A stretch of DNA of 58,267 nucleotides, counting the filler, from Sphacelaria rigidula (lineage: Eukaryota), in assembly GCA_964200075.2 (NCBI GenBank). It is 9 parts of 9 records of this genome, joined end to end, with 100 filler letters (N's around TTAATTAATTAA, not from the genome) between each part and the next. Parts side by side here need not be neighbours in the genome. Positions count along the whole stretch, not along the records: positions 1 to 6,386 come from CAXNAA020020397.1; positions 6,487 to 12,872 come from CAXNAA020020398.1; 7 more parts are not named here. One strand, 5' to 3'. The number at the start of each line of letters is the position of its first letter. The first letter of the stretch is position 1. The translations under genes and the position numbers were made by a program. The notes beneath the pieces were generated by a model, which saw nothing but the letters and a program-made list of their open reading frames with translations, was not told the DNA's origin and made no database searches. This document shows, piece by piece, positions 1 to 11,788 of the stretch.

Positions 1-1053
1 GAAGGCAAGCCCCTCCGCATTCGGACTCCCAAGCGACACGTGACTGCCGCCGTCGAGGTCCGCACCGAGACGGCGCAACCCGTCTTGCGCGAGGAGACGG
101 CTCTTCAGGGTGTGACGAAGAAGACGAAGAAGTTGCTGGCCGCGGCGGTCGACAAGCGCTTCTTCAAGCGTTACGACTTGGATGCCCCGGGCCCCAAACC
201 CGACTTCCTCTTCGAGATGGCAACCTGCATGAATCCATTTCTCGCCGACCTGAACTTGCTTCCTTCCATCTGCAAGAGCAAGGAGATGGTTGTCCGCGTA
301 CGGACGGTTGTTAGGGATAAAATCATTGACCTTGTGACGAAGATGGCAGAAGAGTGCGAATCAAGCGAGCCCACTACGGTGAGGAGCCCCAGGGCCAGTG
401 GTGCCAACACGAACGATGCTCGGCCCAAGAAGAAAATGCGCTCCAGCGGGGGGCGGGGCCGCTCAAGCACCCCGTCGAAGGCAGCATCAAAGGGGGCCGC
501 GCGCTTATTTGAAAGCGGCATGTTTGGGAACATCGTCACGGGCAGGGCAGTGGGATCGGCACCGAAGACACAACGACAGCTGTGCGCGGAGGAATTTGAC
601 CGCTTCGTGCTTGCTGGACGGGAGGAGACCCTGGAGACGAAGCCCATCGAGGGCATGCTCCGATACTGGTCCTCGGAAGGCTCACGTCTTTACCCGATTA
701 TGGCCCGCGCAGCCCGAGTGCTGCTGTCAATCCCGGCATCCGCGGCCGTTTTGGAGCGCGACTTCAGCACCGCCGGTCGACTGATCACCGGGTGCCGGAA
801 CCGCTTGGATGCCGCGCAGAACAAAATGGTTCTGTTTCTCAACGGCAGCTACGACAGCATCCCTAAAGAGGTGCCGATGCTCTCGGACGCTCAAGCGTTG
901 GCTGCCGTCCCTGAGCGGCTGAGCAACCCCTCAGAGAGCGCCAGCAAACTCTCCGAGGGGCCCGAAAAGGGGAATGATGAAAGCGATGTCGACGACTTCA
1001 TCGTCGAGCAGAGGGGATACGAGGAAGGAGACGGTCACGGGGCTGACGGATAG
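1..1053 (+). CDS. hAT-family transposase, C-terminal part (5'-truncated at contig edge)
   Basis: Frame is open from base 1 to TAG at 1051-1053. It contains the hAT C-terminal dimerisation signature LRYW...YPIMARAARVLLSIPASAAVLERDFSTAGRLITGCRNRL...MVLFLN, including the conserved ERxFS glutamate. Confidence 0.9.
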   Translation, partial: EGKPLRIRTPKRHVTAAVEVRTETAQPVLREETALQGVTKKTKKLLAAAVDKRFFKRYDLDAPGPKPDFLFEMATCMNPFLADLNLLPSICKSKEMVVRVRTVVRDKIIDLVTKMAEECESSEPTTVRSPRASGANTNDARPKKKMRSSGGRGRSSTPSKAASKGAARLFESGMFGNIVTGRAVGSAPKTQRQLCAEEFDRFVLAGREETLETKPIEGMLRYWSSEGSRLYPIMARAARVLLSIPASAAVLERDFSTAGRLITGCRNRLDAAQNKMVLFLNGSYDSIPKEVPMLSDAQALAAVPERLSNPSESASKLSEGPEKGNDESDVDDFIVEQRGYEEGDGHGADG

Positions 1054-1899
1054 AAAGATAGCCATCGGGATGAGCGGGATGTCCATTTGTTTGCTGTTCG
1101 TAAGCGAGATTAATGCAGTTGAAGCGGTCTCAATATCCCTCGTTGTTGGGTTGCTGCTGTTGGAGGACAATGACAACTCCGTCGACGGCTCGGGAGTGGT
1201 GTTTAGTAAGGAGGGGTTTGCAGCTGCCACGCCATGATCGTTGATCATGTTCGTGCGTATCTCGAGGCAAGAGGCAGCGGGGGAAGCCTTTTCGCAAATC
1301 CCGCACCCAAATCTGAAGGTTTCTGCTCTATAAATATTATATTACCATTACCGTGAAAAGAGAAGAGTTCTTTCTTTTCTGGCGAAGGTGTGAAGCTGTT
1401 GATGAATGAACTGGGGTGAGATGTAAGGTGAAGTGGACGGTGATTACGTGCGTGAACTCTGGATTACGATGAGCGATTAGTCGACAGTTCAGTGACTCGA
1501 TATTTCGGATTTTCCATTGATATCCACCGGTAAGTGTATATATAGATATACGTCGGTGTACTGCTTTTTCGTTCGCTGTGAAATGTGGGAGCTCGTTTTC
1601 ACTTGAATGGAGATCGCATCACGTCGCGTAGCAACGGTAATCGGGTTCGCCTCGATGAAAAAACAAATGTACCGGGGGTACGTCTCACGGTGGTCGAAAT
1701 TATGAACCACAGCTCATGGTTAAGGGGAAAATATTATAGCTTGTAGCGGTACCCTGGGATACCTCGTCGTGGACGATATCATGAAACATTCAAAGATCGC
1801 GGGGGAAGGGATGGGGGGAGTGGGGCACTCGAACTAGTATCGTCCTCCCGGTTGTGCGGCTTGAGGTGTGTTTTTGTTTTTCGAACATGCACGCTGCGC

Positions 1900-2522
1900 G
1901 TAGTGACTTCTCGGCTCATCACACGAAACGAATCCCCCGGTCCCGCCGTGGGCGGCAACTTGTTCTCGCTCCCCACCCGTGATTCATGACTCATCTATGA
2001 GTAATCCAGATGGACTATCCGCACCGCGAGAGTCGTGGGCGCGTGACTATGCATGCTTTCCGTCGTGAGTATGTTACTATCACTATGACTATTTCCCCTC
2101 AGAGTGTATGCCGGATGACTCCTGGGTACACAATAGTTACTCTTTGATTTGTGCGAGATGACAGATTCGATGATAAAGTAAGTCATGGAGATTGTCCCCC
2201 TTCGGTGCGTGTGAGATGAAGGTAGAGATGAATATGACTCACCCTTCGATAAACGCCACTGAATGGATACATATTACTCACCCTTGGCTTCATGGGGGGT
2301 GTAGAAGGAGTAAGTGTTTTCGATCAGTCATCACGCGTACATGAACCATGACCCGTATATGTTTTCCAACTCTCGGTCGCATTACACAATGCAGTGCAGG
2401 GAAGATGTCCAGCTCGTTACTCGTGCATGACCTTGAGTACACAACTTCATACCCCCCGTGACTTGAAGGATGACCCAAATATCCACGACTTATCCTCGGA
2501 CGTTCATCGGGAGTCAACTCGT
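1900..2522. repeat. Region dense in short RTGACT/AGTCAY motifs, possible transposon subterminal repeats
   Basis: Many ATGACTC/GAGTCA/GTGACT/TTACTC words occur in both orientations downstream of the transposase. Confidence 0.4.
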
Positions 2523-2562
2523 ATAAATCTTGATTTGTCCTAACCGTGAAATATTTATTTCA

Positions 2563-2846
2563 AGCTTCTTCTGCTGTTCAAATTCCGAATCTCTCAGTGT
2601 GCATGGGATTTGCGCAGCAGAAGAAGCTGTTCGAGATAGATCCTTCTTCGCTCATTTCAAAAATGGGCGAAAAAAGGATCGATCTTGAACAGCTTCTTTT
2701 GCTGTTCGAAATAAATCCTTTTTTTTGCAGAAATAAATTGGGCGAAAAAAAGATCTGTTTTGAAAAGCTCGTCCTGCTGTCCAAAATAAATTCCTTTTCG
2801 CCAGATTCAAATCGGGTGAAGAGGAATTTACCTCGGACAGGAGGAC
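2563..2846. repeat. Tandem array of hairpin units with 75-bp period
   Basis: Units start GCTGT at 2626, 2701 and 2776, and each is an imperfect palindrome. A preceding hairpin has arms AGCTTCTTCTGCTG (2563) and CAGCAGAAGAAGCT (2615-2628). Confidence 0.8.
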
Positions 2847-4488
2847 AAGCTATTTATTGAAAATATAGAAATTTACAGATTTTGTACCAAAATATTTGGA
2901 ATTAAAAAAAAAAACGTCAGGGTATTTTTTACCAAAACACTACCACGGGACTGTGCAGGGCTTTGCCGACGGGCCTACATAGAGCTGCAAATCCAACCCT
3001 GGGGAAAACCCTATGAAAACGCTACGAGGGGTACATATTTGGCTTTTCACTGCCAGGGTTTTTTCACGAAGACTGTGGACGACCCTGTACGGACCCTGCA
3101 CAGTGCGCCCGACAGGGTGCTATTTGTCCACGGGTGTCGATTTATTCGCGATTCGCTTTGTACCGGTGACTGCGGTATCAACCCTGTGTGAAGCAGTCTC
3201 TCATTTATGGCGAGCGCCTTCGAATAACATTATGACGAAGGATTTTTCCCGAAGAAAAAAACAAACTCTACGCCTTCTTCGCTGTTGGTGTTGTTGTCTT
3301 CACATTTATACCGTTCCGATATCTGCGTGGCACGTTCGTACTAGGCATATGATGCGGACCTCTTCCGTGGTCACAGGCTAGCTACGTATAATAAGGGGAG
3401 AGGAAATCGAATAAAATCAATATGAAAAACAAAAATGGATCGGGAGAAAAACTTACAAAACCCGATACAAGCAAAACAGGAATAAATGATGAAGAAATAG
3501 GATACATGTGGCCAGCCTAAGGAGATCCGGTGCCGCAGGTTGCCATTCCGGCTTCAGGGGGTGGCACTCGGCTTTCGAACTCGACGATGATTCGAAAAGA
3601 AAACAGAATTAATACATGTAGTGACCAAAACAATGAGAGCTGGCACCTTTCGAACGTCCACTCGACGGTCACTCACTGCTGACTCCGACGTCATAGTGAG
3701 CATTCGTCTCATCATTCGGGAACGTAGGCTGTACAAACCATTTCGTGACTATTCAACTACGGTGGACTTTCGACCGCGGGTACGGAGTATGTACATTTAT
3801 CTAGAAGAATACAAGGCGGGACCAGCTGCCGGCTTCAAGCAATGAGCTTACCTTCCCCGATCTTACAACAGAGCCGCGCAAATGCCTCGTCGCGAAAGCC
3901 GAGCGAAAATCCATGAAAAGTCTGGCCAGCGAAATTGTAATATATTCACCGTGAAAGCCTTAGAATGAGCTAGATCGATGAACATGAGACGATTACGTTT
4001 CCCTGTGACAAAGGGTCGAGAGCATCAACCTACCCCACTCCATGAAATACAGCTGTTGATAACGCACGGTAGCTCGAAAAATTGAGCTGGAAACATTCGT
4101 CAGTAGCACGGCGTATAAGAGGATGTGTGTGTGAGAGAGAGAGAAAGAGAGAGAGGGAGAGAGGAGGGCAGGCAGACAAACAGACAAACAGACAAACAGA
4201 CAGGCTAACAGTCGGACAGTACTAGCAGCGGAGTTGTCAAAATTCATCCGGGACTGTCCTGAGTGTAGAGAGCGTACAAGCTCAAAGACGTCTGCGGTTG
4301 ATCCGAAACCGTCGATGACGACAAGAGATGATATACTGCTACGTGTGTGATTTCATATACTGTGGGAAAAACAATCACAATCATCGTAAAATATGCGAGA
4401 ATAAACGTTGAAACTCATCATCACCTGTCTACAAGCCATAAAGTTCCGAGAAATATCCGTCAACTACCGAGTGGTAAACTCAACTTAA

Positions 4489-4674
4489 CCCTTAGACCGC
4501 GAGATTAGTCTCTCTGAATCATGTATACTTTGTTCACTTGAAATTGATTCCGATTCAATGGAAGACTAACCTCGCGGTTTATGGGTTACGAGGGAAGTCT
4601 TTCTGGATCATGCATACTTTTTCAAGTGAAATTGATGCCGATTCAACGCATGACCTACTCTCGCTGTCTAAGGG
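4489..4674. mobile_element. piggyBac-like MITE, tandem dimer of a ~97-bp unit
   Basis: TTAA(4485-4488) CCCTTAGACCGCGAG ... CTCGCTGTCTAAGGG TTAA(4675-4678), with two internal copies of the unit. Confidence 0.75.
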
Positions 4675-4676
4675 TT

Positions 4677-4927
4677 AACGGGGGAACAGAAACATCTGTC
4701 GACCTGGCTGAAGATGACGTGGAAGGGCTGAAGTGGGCCACTCATGCAGCCGCTACGAGGATCTCGATAAAATGGCCACACAACGGTGGTGTACCTGCGC
4801 GAGCTAACGCAAGTTTCACATTGTGTGGCCATTTTGTCAAGTCCTCGTAGCAGCTTCTTGAACGGCCGACTCCCGCCCTTGCGCATCATCATAAGCTAGG
4901 TCGACTGGTGTCTCGGCTCCTCCGTTC
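4677..4927. repeat. ~250-bp imperfect palindrome (foldback)
   Basis: 4677-4783 aligns with the reverse complement of about 4820-4927 (shared AACGG..GTCGACCT.GCT..GATGA..GCTACGAGGA..AAAATGGCCACACAA). Confidence 0.75.
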
Positions 4928-5634
4928 GCCTCCAAGTGTTCCTCGTAGTCTTGGGTCACCCTCGTGAACGAGCTGTCACCACCAGCGCTGTTGCAGGCGT
5001 TCACGGCATCCACCATCGCCTCACTTACGATATTTGTCCTACCGCCGTGTTCGGTAACCTTGGTCGTCATGGGGCAGGGTGTCTAGTTACGTTTCATAAC
5101 CCTGAGTTCGGTACTAACGCTTCGGAGTGTTTAGCAACGCAGGGTATATTTGGAAAATTGAAAATCAATCCTGAGTTGCTGCGCATATGTTTCTTCTCAG
5201 GGTTCAGTTTTCGGGGTTTACCTAGGGGAATTCGTCATATCCTGGCCTTAAATCCCAACTTGTGAACCCTAACCCTGAGTTTTTCAGGCCGATTTTGTGT
5301 TTCCGAAACTCTCCATTGACAAGGACTATACGTCATGAAAATTTGGATGTCGATAACCGAATTTTGGGGTCCTAGTTTGAAAATCACTTTTTGCGGAATT
5401 TCGACGATCCGATCGGATCACCTGTACTCCCCATAATTGCTTCTTTATCGAGGACCCCAACATTTTCATTATCGACATCCATATCTGTAGCTTGAAGCAA
5501 TTACCAATAGCTACCAACCAGTGAAGGAAATGAATCATATTTCGAAGATTTGGTGTGAATACGCAGATTTTAATCCTCCGGGTTCTCATCCTCACTAAAA
5601 GTTTCCATCCTCAATTTCGATGATCGGCTGTTAA

Positions 5635-5750
5635 TCCTTTGGGAACCCATTGACGACTTTGTTTTGTGAATCGGCATCATCTTAACTTGAAAATTACTGA
5701 AAATGATGTAGACGCACGAAAACAAAAATCGTTTATGTGTTTCAAAAGGG
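5635..5750. mobile_element. Second piggyBac-like MITE
   Basis: TTAA at 5631-5634 and 5751-5754. Imperfect TIRs are TCCTTTGGGAACCCAT / ATGTGTTTCAAAAGGG. Internal GAATCGGCATCATCTTAACTTGAAA is the core shared with the 97-bp family. Confidence 0.65.
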
Positions 5751-6310
5751 TTAACACGTGGATATTTGTCATCTATATGAAAATAGTACCGGAGAACCCC
5801 TGACCAGTGTTGACCCTGCAGCCGATTGCGCGCATAGTCGGTATGTATGTGTGCTGTACGTCTTCACTGGATCCAACCACGAGAGACAATATAAGTGTGC
5901 CGTCGCTCTCCACCGAACACAATCTACTGGATGCTACTGATGCCTGTGCCTAATGCTCAACAACAATATTACAGACAGTGTGAAGCTATGCTGGCAGCAC
6001 ATGAGGGATCAGGCAGGCAGCGTAGACCACGAGCAGAAATACAACACAATTTATTTATACCCTTGTAATTTATGGTTTATTTCCCGTGACCAAAATGAGT
6101 CGTGGGGGTAGACAACGAATTAGTCCCATGTAGTCCACCCGAACCGGAAGAACGTGCTCATTTTGACGATCGTCGTTGGTCAGAATGGGCATCCCACTCC
6201 TCTCGGACCTCGTACACGGCTCATACGTTTCCGCGGGAATTTTCTAAACACACATGGTCGACTCGGTGAGCTTTTCGGCTCCTCTGCGGATAGGCACCCC
6301 CCCCTCCCCA

Positions 6311-6386
6311 TCGTTTGATGCATTAGACAGTAGGGAGAGAACGATGGCTATACTAGGAGATAGATGGTGGCCAGAGACGGCGAAGC
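6311..6386 (+). mobile_element. 5'-truncated LINE 3' fragment (cut by contig end)
   Basis: Encodes ...LDSRERTMAILGDRWWPETAK, homologous to 16660-16720. It is preceded by a C-run at 6297-6309. Confidence 0.75.
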
Positions 6387-6486
6387 NNNNNNNNNNNNNN
6401 NNNNNNNNNNNNNNNNNNNNNNNNNNNNNNTTAATTAATTAANNNNNNNNNNNNNNNNNNNNNNNNNNNNNNNNNNNNNNNNNNNN
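6387..6486. other. Artificial contig linker
   Basis: N44-TTAATTAATTAA-N44 (six-frame stop spacer). Confidence 0.98.
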
Positions 6487-7707
6487 ATGATTTACGTGAA
6501 GATTTTGCCTTCCAAAACCATGCACTCTTTCGGGGGGGGGGCTATCGTAGAAAGTGCCCTCTCCCGACAGGAGGTGAACTGAGACAACTCGACATGCGCC
6601 GTGCAGTTCATACACATAGCTACCTTTCAGTATTCAGTGATGTTGTGATATATCCTTGGCGTGGAATTGATTAATTAGATTTGATTGTCGCATCGCACAT
6701 TAACTGACCATTATCCACAAGAGGGACCCGGACATGGTCATTATCCATAAGATGAATGTACCCAAGGTAAACAAAACGGAAACGCTCGCTAAAAAAATAT
6801 TTAAAAGGAGGGGATACAAAAAAGTATAAATCAAACATGATGAGTAAACGAAGAAACCAAGACTGAAATAAGTGAAGCCAAACTTATCAAAGAGGTTAGC
6901 CGAAACAATTACCAGCAAATATCGGACTATCTACTGCTGTTATGAGCACATTGTTCACCTCAATGACGGCTGCTAGCAGGTGCTACTTTCATGAGCAAAG
7001 CGGTTGCGCTGTGTTTCCTACCTACAGCGTGAGTTATCTGCGGTCGCTCCTCTGACTGGCGGAACGGAGAACAACTTTCGGACTTGTACAAACACCGTTC
7101 CTCTGTTATTGGTGCTGTTGAAGAGACATCCGTCGGCAATTTGTGCGCTGTAGTTGGCGGAATTGAGTCAAAGTTCCTTGACAACGTATCTCAGCAGAAA
7201 CTATCCACACAGACATGCGCCCGTTTTCTGGCGACTGTATGCTCGAACGACGTTGTCGACCCCCCCGTGTCTTGCTTCCTGATAACTGAGGCGACCTTTT
7301 CGTCAGCGAAACACTGGATGAGCGACCACACGACCATGCATGTTGTGCATTACGCTATATTAGAATATCCTCGTAGAAAGACTACTTCGCCCTCAGGTTC
7401 TGCTGAGGCTGCAAGCCAAAAGCGCCAGTGGTCGTCGAGACGAGAGTTGACATGCACGCATCACGTACAGAAGGTTGCCCCGCTAGGTGAAACTTTGAGC
7501 TATTGTATTCCTTCAAGTTGGTACAGAAACTGGGCGCGTTGCACGTGACGATCCCATTCGTGTAAAAAAAGCTGCAACAACGGAAACAGATCTGCGAAAG
7601 TTCTCCAATATCTGCCTTCTGCTGACGAGATGAATACACCCTGATTTAACAAAGGGCGGAATCAAGGGGATGGACGTGGTGCCGGGTACATACGCGTATG
7701 CACCTGG

Positions 7708-7905
7708 GCCACAAAGGTGGGTCATGGTGTCATGATCCTCCCGTGTATTGGAGGGTGATGGTACCGGGAAAGAAATGGGAGGAGATTGGGTGGCCCGAGC
7801 GCCGATCCTCTTCACAACAGTGTGTGGCAGTACACCGGCAACGGAATTGACAAACTCGAGGTGGTGAGGCACCCCTTCCTGAGGAACGTTGCCAAAACCA
7901 TGCCG
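7708..7905 (-). CDS. Possible internal exon (probably of the DCAF4-like gene), boundaries approximate
   Basis: Coding-like stretch HGFGNVPQEGVPHHLEFVNSVAGVLPHTVVKRIGARATQSPP...HLCGP ends at CCAG|GTGCAT. It is on the same strand as the upstream exons. Confidence 0.35.
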
Positions 7906-8022
7906 TGAGAGACTAAATATTCCGACGCACGTGTGTGCGTGCGCGCGCGCGTGCGTATTTATCACACGGATTATGACCGAGGACTTACGACAACACATTT
8001 GCACCACTACAGTACTACCGCC

Positions 8023-8100
8023 GCGCCTCGGTGGTGTAATAGTACGAATGCTGCCGTTAGGGCGGGAAAATCGCCGGTTCGATGCCCACCATATGCGTGT
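8023..8100 (+). mobile_element. tRNA-derived SINE head or tRNA pseudogene
   Basis: A-box-like TGGTGTAATAG (8032) and B-box-like GGTTCGATGCC (8076) at tRNA spacing, with no clean cloverleaf. Confidence 0.45.
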
Positions 8101-8419
8101 GGGTTGACTTTTCCCTCAGAAGTACGGAGTATCTGGTTTCCGCGGTTGAACGCGGGAGAACGTGAAGAGCAAAAAAAAGAGTCTGCTAGGCTGCATTTGT
8201 TGGACGACAGTCAACGCAGTGTGGGAGTGCTGATCCAACCCACGACGCGAACATTATGAGGCGTGTACTGGGGGAGAGATGGATTGTTCCCCTAATAATA
8301 TGGACTCATCCCGAGGAAGGGCAGAAGTTAAAAAGTGAGAACAAAAGATGAATTGCGCAGTACGATACAGTGCAGCAGCGCACATTGAAGAAGAAGAAAA
8401 AAACGAGGAAAGCTCCAAC

Positions 8420-8579
8420 TTCAACTGCATATATCGTTTGAGCCAGAGGTGGGTCTGCGGGGATACCCCCGACAGCTTGTACGTCACGAACCTGGAAACG
8501 CGGGCTGGAGACGACAGATTCGACCGCTGTGCGGCGGGCTCCTTCTTGAGTAGCCGGCGGACCTGCGTGCGTTCCAAGT
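8420..8579 (-). CDS. Possible internal exon (probably of the DCAF4-like gene), 3' boundary uncertain
   Basis: Acceptor ccatag| is followed by coding-like LGTHAGPPATQEGARRTAVESVVSSPRFQVRDVQAVGGIPADPPLAQTIYA. Confidence 0.35.
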
Positions 8580-10228
8580 CTATGGCGGATTATTGTTTGT
8601 TGGGATAAATTCATGACCTGAATGTGGTGTTGATGTTTGTGCCCTGTGCAAGTTCGAGAACCCACACTTGGTCGCCAAGAGAGAAAAACGCGGCGAGAGG
8701 ATGTAAATGGTCATTAATCACAAGTTGGCCAGTGAACACACGGCGGTACGATTCCCCCCCCTCGTGTTTGTGACTTATGTTTTGATGGACTCCGCCCGTT
8801 CCATTAGTCAAGGGGGTACTACACTACAGTAGTCAAACTTCAAACTTCGCATTTTCGATTGAAAGCGATTTTATCAGGCTTTGTAGCTACTACGACTGAT
8901 CACTGTTTATGCTTGATCCCAAACTTTGAGAATCGACGAACATGAGTAAACGGTACAAGTTTCGAAAAATAATCATGATCTGCGACCAATTTTGAACGAG
9001 TAAGGGCTCAACGGTCGTTCGGGGTCGTACGAGGTACAGCGCCTGGTCCTCGCTCGTTGATATTTTCTCTTGACCGAACCGATCACGATCATTATAATGA
9101 ATAATTCTACGCCTTCGGGGTTGCTATTTTCTCGATATCCATTGTTGCGCTACAGCCGAAAAGATGTGTTTTTGGTCCATATGCGGCCAGTAACACTCCC
9201 CCGAAAAACAAGGTTTTACTCCGTATCGTACCGACATCACAAATATGGGGAAAATATCCTGAGCACGACCTGCTCCTTTTTCCGACCCCTACCGAATGTC
9301 AAACTCTCGAGTGACGGTGGCGAATACTTTGTGTGAAAAAGCCCCAAGTGGATGGTTACCATATTTAAAGTTTGACAACTGTGATATGTATCGTGTTGCG
9401 GCAATCTTCCGCCCTTTTTTCGATGTCATCGCACCAGACAGTAGTACACTTGCCAGCTGCAGACATACGAATGTCACTTGAGTGAACAATCAGCGACACT
9501 GTCGTCGGGCTAAGCTGTCAACACTCCACACAAAAGACACAAAACGAAAAGGGACCCACCAGTCTTGCGCGTAAAAAATAAACATGAGTATACCGGAATG
9601 CCCGCTCTGTATTTGTGACTGCCCGCATTCGGCCAGCATACAAAAATCATTGCACTTTAGTACGGAAACTTTGCTTGTGCATTCCTCGACCGTGGGCAAG
9701 GGCACCACAATAAAAACTTGGTGCACTAGTTGGAGACAACACAGGCAGTATGTGCATCAAGCTTCAGTTCCTTTCGGTCAACAAGCAAATTGAACAAAGT
9801 GAATACCGATATACCGTCGATAGGCCCTCAAAACGGCTATCCCGCAGCCCAGATTCCGTGTACCGTGAGTGAGTGCATATGTGGACCTGGTGGTGCACTC
9901 ACTTCCATATCATGATATCCTGGGAGGGTCCAGTGCTGGCAAACGAACATAGATCAATACTGGCACACACTCTGGATAATGACAATATGTAGAAAAGTCA
10001 TTCCGGTATCGACTGTAGAGATGCGCAGGGCAGGAGGCACGGTCGTACACCGGCTGTCGTCGCTGTTATGCGTTGAAACTTCGGCAACATGTCATGTAGA
10101 CAACAATCAACAAGCCCATGCGTGTAGATCTGGGGCTGGGCGTTGCAGCAGCGCGCGAGGGGATGAAAAGAGTTCCAACTCTGTTCCGAAACAATTATTT
10201 ATTTTTATTTTCGCGCAAGACTGCCTAC

Positions 10229-10398
10229 CACACCCTGGACAACATGTGGTCAATACTTTCGATACACAATAAACGTACTGCATAAAGTATAGGCCTATTG
10301 CGACTATTGTCGGCCGGCAATACTTGCAATAGGCCTATACTTTATGCAGTACGTTTATTGTGTATTACAAGTATTGACCACATATTGTCCAGGGTGTG
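10229..10398. mobile_element. hAT-type MITE, 170-bp near-perfect hairpin with 8-bp TSD
   Basis: TIR CACACCCTGGACAA / TTGTCCAGGGTGTG, with arms pairing almost to the centre. TSD CTGCCTAC at 10221-10228 and 10399-10406. Confidence 0.9.
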
Positions 10399-10492
10399 CT
10401 GCCTACAACACATGTCGACATCATGACAAAACAGACAGTATTATAGCAGCACGAAGCACTCTAAGGCGACACTCAACATGCGATGAACCTAC

Positions 10493-11336
10493 CCTCTTTT
10501 CGCTCGGCATCCCGCCCATGTTGCGCCTCTTGTACTGCGTGCAAACTTTTCTCACCTCCTCTACACCACCCACTCAATCGACTGCCCGCCGACCCCAGGG
10601 CCCATCCACCGCCACCGCCATCGTACAAGCCTCTCCGACGATTCATGACGTATAAATGAAGATTCCCCCTTTTCCGGCTGGTAACAGGGCTGTTCCCTGC
10701 CCGCCCCGCTGTTCCTGTTGTTTCTGCTGCTGCTACTGGTTTCCCACTTTCACTACCCCAATAAGATGAGCAGCCAGGGCTAGAGGAAGCGTTGATGCCT
10801 TTTTCATCTCTCCTGTCCCCGCCTAGTGCCTCATAGCTGCGGCTGCGGCTGCTGCCGTCCTCGACTTTCTGGGTCTCCCGTAATTGTTTTCCGAAACCAT
10901 TTCGAGCCGCATTTCTGTTCGCGGATCGTGCCGTCCCAATAAGGTTGTCATCCCGTCGCCGCTTCGTTCTGTTTTCGCCGACGCTGGGGTAGACGCAGCT
11001 GCTAGGTTGCGTGACACCGGGCACCGTCTTGAAGTACCGGTTTCGCGCTCGATCGAAGTAAAACCCGGGCAGGGGTGCCGTGACTTCATTTTCTCCATCA
11101 CTTGCTCGTTGGTGCTTGTGTCGCTGCGGTTGTGATCCCGGGTTTGCGGCGAGATTCTCCGACGAGAGTGATGGTGCTCCCATACTTCCTCTCGCGGCAG
11201 CGTCAGTAATGTAACGAGCGTTCGAGTCATTTTGACGGCTGCAAGAGCTTGCAGCCACTTCAGGCTGTTGCCGCTGCTGGTCTTTCGATCTGGCCCGCTG
11301 GGCTGCTAGTGCGGCTAGGATATGGGGGGCGGTATC
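10493..11336 (-). CDS. Exon 2 of a DCAF4/WDR21-like (DDB1-CUL4-associated factor) gene
   Basis: Motif LPGFYFDRARNRYFK resembles the DCAF4/WDR21 N-terminal motif (LPGFYYDPEKxRYF). Acceptor caccag|GAT is in frame with exon 1, and the donor is G|GTAGGT. Confidence 0.6.
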
Positions 11337-11692
11337 CTGGTGTGTGCGGGAATTCAATGGTGGACACATCATGTGGGGAACAGCAGCGACGTTTGGCTAA
11401 TTGTCATCATTATTGTTGTGTCTGGGATTGCCATTTATTTACTATTCTATGCGACGGTCATTGTTGAGGCGCGTCTTTTCCTCTGCACCACCAGAGGGGT
11501 ACTGGGACCAGGTGCACTGCAAAAGGTGGTGTTAGGGCGCCATTGGAGCTGACAACATTCCCAGAGTCAAAACGATGTTACGATGAAGTGTCATACTTCA
11601 GACATTTGTCTGTGCTGACAGGACAGCACGGCTCCGATTCCAGGTTCAAGGATTATTCAACAGTACGGCAATGAGATACATCTGATACTCAC

Positions 11693-11788
11693 AGCTGTGC
11701 GATTTCCACCCCGACTACTTCGGTCACCAGCATGAGAATCACCACCCCTCCTGGAACTTCGTCCCTTTCCCTTCCCCTTGCTCTTCAT
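11693..11788 (-). CDS. Exon 1 of the DCAF4-like gene
   Basis: ATG at 11788 gives 32 codons (MKSKGKGKGRSSRRGG...NRTA) followed by a GTGAGT donor. Phase 0 matches the next acceptor. Confidence 0.6.

Noticed and set aside
2563..2846. CRISPR array or real protein (ORF 2546-2860)
   Set aside because: The units are homologous along their whole length with no unique spacers, and the ORF is a by-product of the repeat.
5264..5280. Telomeric repeat (AACCCTAACCCTG)
   Set aside because: There are only two units, internal to a repeat-like region.
11560..11625. Intronic C/D-box snoRNA
   Set aside because: CTGA is present, but there is no convincing RTGATGA box C on the strand of the host gene.
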